Below, piece by piece: positions 59,267 through 64,000 of a stretch of DNA of 64,000 bases. The stretch's first letter is position 1; each line of letters starts with the position of its first letter. The stretch lies in assembly GCF_009914755.1 (NCBI RefSeq), contig NC_060926.1; one strand, written 5' to 3'. A program made the translations under genes and the position numbers. Under the pieces are notes generated by a model that worked only from the letters and a program-made list of their open reading frames with translations, was not told the origin of the DNA and ran no database searches. The DNA comes from the human T2T-CHM13v2.0 reference genome, Homo sapiens.

Positions 59267-59869
59267 CTTTGTAAGAGAAGGGGGTCATGATATGCCTTTA
59301 GTACTTTTTGATGTTTGACTCCTATAAATATGTATTACTTTTTGCAAAACAATTAGTAAATTTTGTCCAAAGAAAGGCAAAATCTGGAAAATAAAATATC
59401 ACGCTGTTTTGGTCTTCTCTCAAAAAGAGAATTCCAGAATTACATAGTGCACAATTTTTAAAACGCATCACTCATGGGTGTGGGACTGTGTAACACTGGC
59501 TGTTTGCCAATTGCCTGAGTCAGTTGTTAGGATGTCGAAGCCAGAGGACTGTAATAGTCTTAAGTAAGTGCAGCTGAGGGGGAATATCTTAGACAATTTG
59601 TATGAAAAGTGTATTTTAATACACTAAAAGTCTATGGAATCATCTACTTTTAAAAGTTTGTTTGATGTATAATCTTGAGTCCCTTAGAGGCAAGACTTTT
59701 CAACAACTAAAATCTTTCGTTTTTGAATTTACTTTCCATTTTTATCAACATGTCCATCTGTCTATGCATTTAGGGTTTACTAGAATCAGAGATAATTACC
59801 AGGTACAAAAATTTCAGATTGTTAATTTATTCTACATTTTATTATAAAATTTTATTTTTAAAATTTGTG

Positions 59870-60420
<551 letters not shown>

Positions 60421-61287
60421 AAATCTCCCCTTTCATTATTGTAGTTGTTACCATAAGCAAATTTAATACAGGCATAAATAATACATCCATGTTGGCAAAC
60501 GAACTTCATATAAAATTCAGAAAATCTAAGTATTGAATACAATATGCTGAACTTGGTTTCATTTAATTGATTTTATAGGCCTTTATTTTGTGAGTCATGG
60601 AATAATACCTTGAGGATTTCAGAAATTTTAATGATAAAGCTTTATTGTGGTTTATCTAAACCTCCTTTCATGTTCCCTTTTCAGTTGCTCTATGGAAAAG
60701 TACTTATTGAAAAGGATTCACTGAAAAAGATTATTTGTGAAATGCATACTAAAATATTTCATGAAAAGCATTTAATTTGAATGAAATATTTTACATTATT
60801 ACTGACATTATAAGATCACAGATCTTTATCTTTTCAGAAAAGAGCATGTGCATTCCACATATATTCAAACATTCATACGTAGCTTTTGAGTGCCATGCAT
60901 TGTGTTATGTGCTAGGAATGCTGTAAGGTCCAAAGCACTTAACACAATGTTGTAAGGACCAGAGCGACAAAGTCTCTGTCCTCTTAGAGGTAAATTTAGT
61001 GAGAGAGGGACGAAAACACAAATGAACAAATCACATAATGTAATAAATAAGATGAGTGGTTTCTGTTACAGGAATAGGGTGTCAGACAAGGCCACTTGGA
61101 TGAGGTGGTATATCATATACATCACATGCCCTGTGGTGTACCCTTGGTGTTTATATATGTAATATATACATTGCATTGCCATGTATATTTTTATCCTGAG
61201 TTCAAACAAAACTTGGCTCTTCAAAATTAGAATGTCAGTTTCTAAGTGCCCTATTAAAAAGGAACAGATATTCAAAACACAAATTAA

Positions 61288-61590
61288 GGCCAGGTGCAGT
61301 GGCTCATGCCTATAATCCCAGCACTTTGAGAAGCCGAGGCCGGTAGATCACGAGGTCAGGAGTTCAAGAGCAGCCTTGCTAGCATGGTGAAACCCCATCT
61401 CTACTGAAAATACAACAATTAGCCGGACATGGTGGCACACACCTGTAATCCCAGCTACTCAGGAGGCTGAGGTAGGAGAATCGCTTGACCCCAGGAGGTG
61501 GAGGTTACAGTGAGCCAAGATCACGCCACTGCACTCCTGCCTGGGTGACAGAGCGAGACTCTGTCTCAAACAAGAACAACAACAAAACCC
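61288..61590 (+). mobile_element. AluS (Sg-like)
   Basis: Full Alu; TSD cacaaattaa. Confidence 0.92.
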
Positions 61591-64000
61591 CACAAATTAA
61601 TTTGTTTTAACATAATTTCTTGCCTGCATTTAATCTAGTTATTTAAATCATAGTTTAATTCTAACATGTAAACTTTGTTTATTGGAAACACACATTCAAT
61701 AAATTCTTATTGTCCTTAGGTTACATTTTTTGTTTGACTTACAGTTTAAGAACCAGGTTCAGATATACTATAATTACTGTGTCTTAAATAACTCCAAATT
61801 TGTTCTTAATAATCACTAACAATCATATGCTTGACTTTGTTTTTGTTCTCTTTCACCACCCACACTTTGGTCCACAATTTATATATACAAACTAAATGTA
61901 AACTTTCCATCAAAAAGAGGAAGAACCTGTTATATCCATCATGACATCTCTCTACCATTTGTATACATAGTAAATATGAAATATTTTTATTGCATCCATG
62001 TCCCAAATAAATGTTGTTTTAAATGCAATATGATGTTAAAATTGTAGCAACGTATACAACTCAAACAAGAGAATATATTCAGGAACGGATATAATAACTT
62101 GACCAAAATATAGTTTAACTCTTTTTATGTGTATGATTAAGATTCATAAAATGCTAGAAAAAACAATAATAATAAGATGTAAAAAGTAATTAATATGGAC
62201 AAGTTCAAAGGACATCAGTGTAGACATTAACACTATACCTAGGTAAGACGGGTTTTCCCTGATCATCTTGAAGTGCCAGCTTCAGGATATGGCTGGCATT
62301 TTTCTAGGGTTGTTTCTAAACACAACAATTTATTCATTTAGCAAGAGTTCCAATTATTTTACACTCAATGAAGTTACTGCTCTGGAGAAGTGTCTTTTAT
62401 TTGCAGATTTTATAGATTTCTATGCGTTAGTAACCAATACCCCTAGATGCACCTGCAAATGGTTTCTTTATACTGTGGTTATAAACAAGACTGGATCATG
62501 AAATGTTGGCACAATTTTTAGGATATTAACTTGAAAAATCATTCTGAACTTGCATAGGAATTTCAGGCTCCTGATATCCTCAATTCGAGTGATAAAATCT
62601 AACTGCTTGGCCTGATCATTTTTAGTATGGTCCAGGCCAGCAATTTCCAAACCTTGGTTTTCTCACTCTGTAAGTTGTCTTCAGTTTTCTTACATGGCCT
62701 TGAAAATATTTTTAAAAATAAGAACCAATCGACTAAACAAAAATATACTGATCAGTCATTAAGCAACTAGTATGTGTTTAGTATTGTATTAGGGCCAAAG
62801 GGGAACCACTGCCCATGGTACCTGCATTTGGAGATTGTCATTTTGTTGAGAAGATGAGATAGAGACAAATAGTATGCAGAGGTTAAAGCAGGAGAATAGA
62901 ATCCAAATTTAACTATAACACATCCTACCATCACACATTAAATGGGTGAGTGCCTGTGTATGTGTGTGTATATGTGCCATGGGGTTCTCTGAAATCAAAG
63001 GAACAACACTTGGGTATAAGTTACAGGTTGTTAATGCATAGTGATGTAAAAACATAGCTTGTATTTTTGTTCTTGCTCTGCTCTTAACCCAATCTGTATC
63101 CCATTTTTTTGAGAAAATTACTTAAAAGGGAGGCTTCTAAGGAAAACTGAAAGGAAGTGGATGGACGGCTTGGCCCATTCTCTGCGTCTCTCAGCAGCTG
63201 CCCACATGAGAGCGTCCAAGTAACCATCGCCTTTGCCGGGCTGCATTGTTCTGACCCTCTCGGACCAGTGTAGTTGTGCTAACTCAATTTATGAGATGCA
63301 GCAACATCTGGTGGCACTGGCATCCTTGTTCAGCGCCGATTGTCAATCCGTGTCACCAGATGAATGTGTACTAAGTGCCTGTTGGGGTGTGTGATAATAA
63401 AGCCTGCATTAGCAAATGTTGGGGGCAGGGTCAGGCGGGGGCATTCTCGAGCCCCCCATGCAGTGCAGCGGAGTGGGCAACAAAGGGGAGGTGGCAGGAT
63501 GCACAGAAGTGCTGATGCAGAAGGCCTGACACGCCGCAGGTGGTACGTGACATGTCGTGGCTTCTGGCTGTTGTTGGGTGTGATGATTGTCACAGACATG
63601 ATGGATGACTTTCAGATCTTTCCCATTATATCATATCTGTAAGAAATTCCCTCTTCCTCAAATGTCTTTTTGTTTCCCCACCCCTGAGCTGCAGATGGCA
63701 TCTGCCCACGCATTCCCATTGTGTGAAGCTCACAGAGAACCTCTCCATTCTTCTGGGATCCTGCTCATGGTTGAATTGCTAGCATTCAATTAAGACTTGA
63801 AATTATGGCTTTGGGCAGTTTAACCTCTTTTAACACAGTAATGGTAGCTACTCTGGACATTTAGGAATTTCCTGAGGTGTCCCCAATATATTTCATTAAG
63901 ATCTGAAAAGATAGAATCAGTAAATAAGATAAAGGCAATTGTTTTCTTTTACCTGCTTCAGAATTAAATTATTTTTACGAAGAAAAAATATTCTTTTTGT

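Noticed and set aside
63298-63320. Possible CTCF site (TGCCACCAGATGTTGC on minus strand)
   Set aside because: Two mismatches in the near-invariant GGC core; better read as an E-box.

Overview
Primate (very probably human) genomic DNA. It holds the 5' end of the ephrin receptor gene EPHA4 on the minus strand: coding exons 1-3 (91, 68 and 664 nt, canonical GT-AG junctions) encoding the signal peptide, ligand-binding domain and start of the Cys-rich region. It also holds the CpG-island promoter (~34.5-37.3 kb), the first 26.7 kb of intron 3 and ~27 kb of upstream DNA. The rest is interspersed repeats (about 25 Alus, MaLR LTRs, L1/L2/L3/MIR fragments, hAT and Tigger DNA transposons), microsatellites and an RPL23 processed pseudogene split at its start codon by an Alu. 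I found no new multi-gene system, and almost all ORF-track entries are repeat or GC artefacts. The features most worth following up are: a 299-nt pure-purine (GAAGGA)16-(GAA)26 tract in intron 2; a 4x37-nt minisatellite inside an Alu; a small inverted triplication at ~59.9-60.4 kb; possible truncated or signal-less EPHA4 isoforms; a strong promoter CTCF motif; and several motif-dense candidate enhancers, including a possible Krox20/EGR2 hindbrain element. Repeat subfamily names and boundaries are by eye from remembered consensus sequences, not RepeatMasker output.
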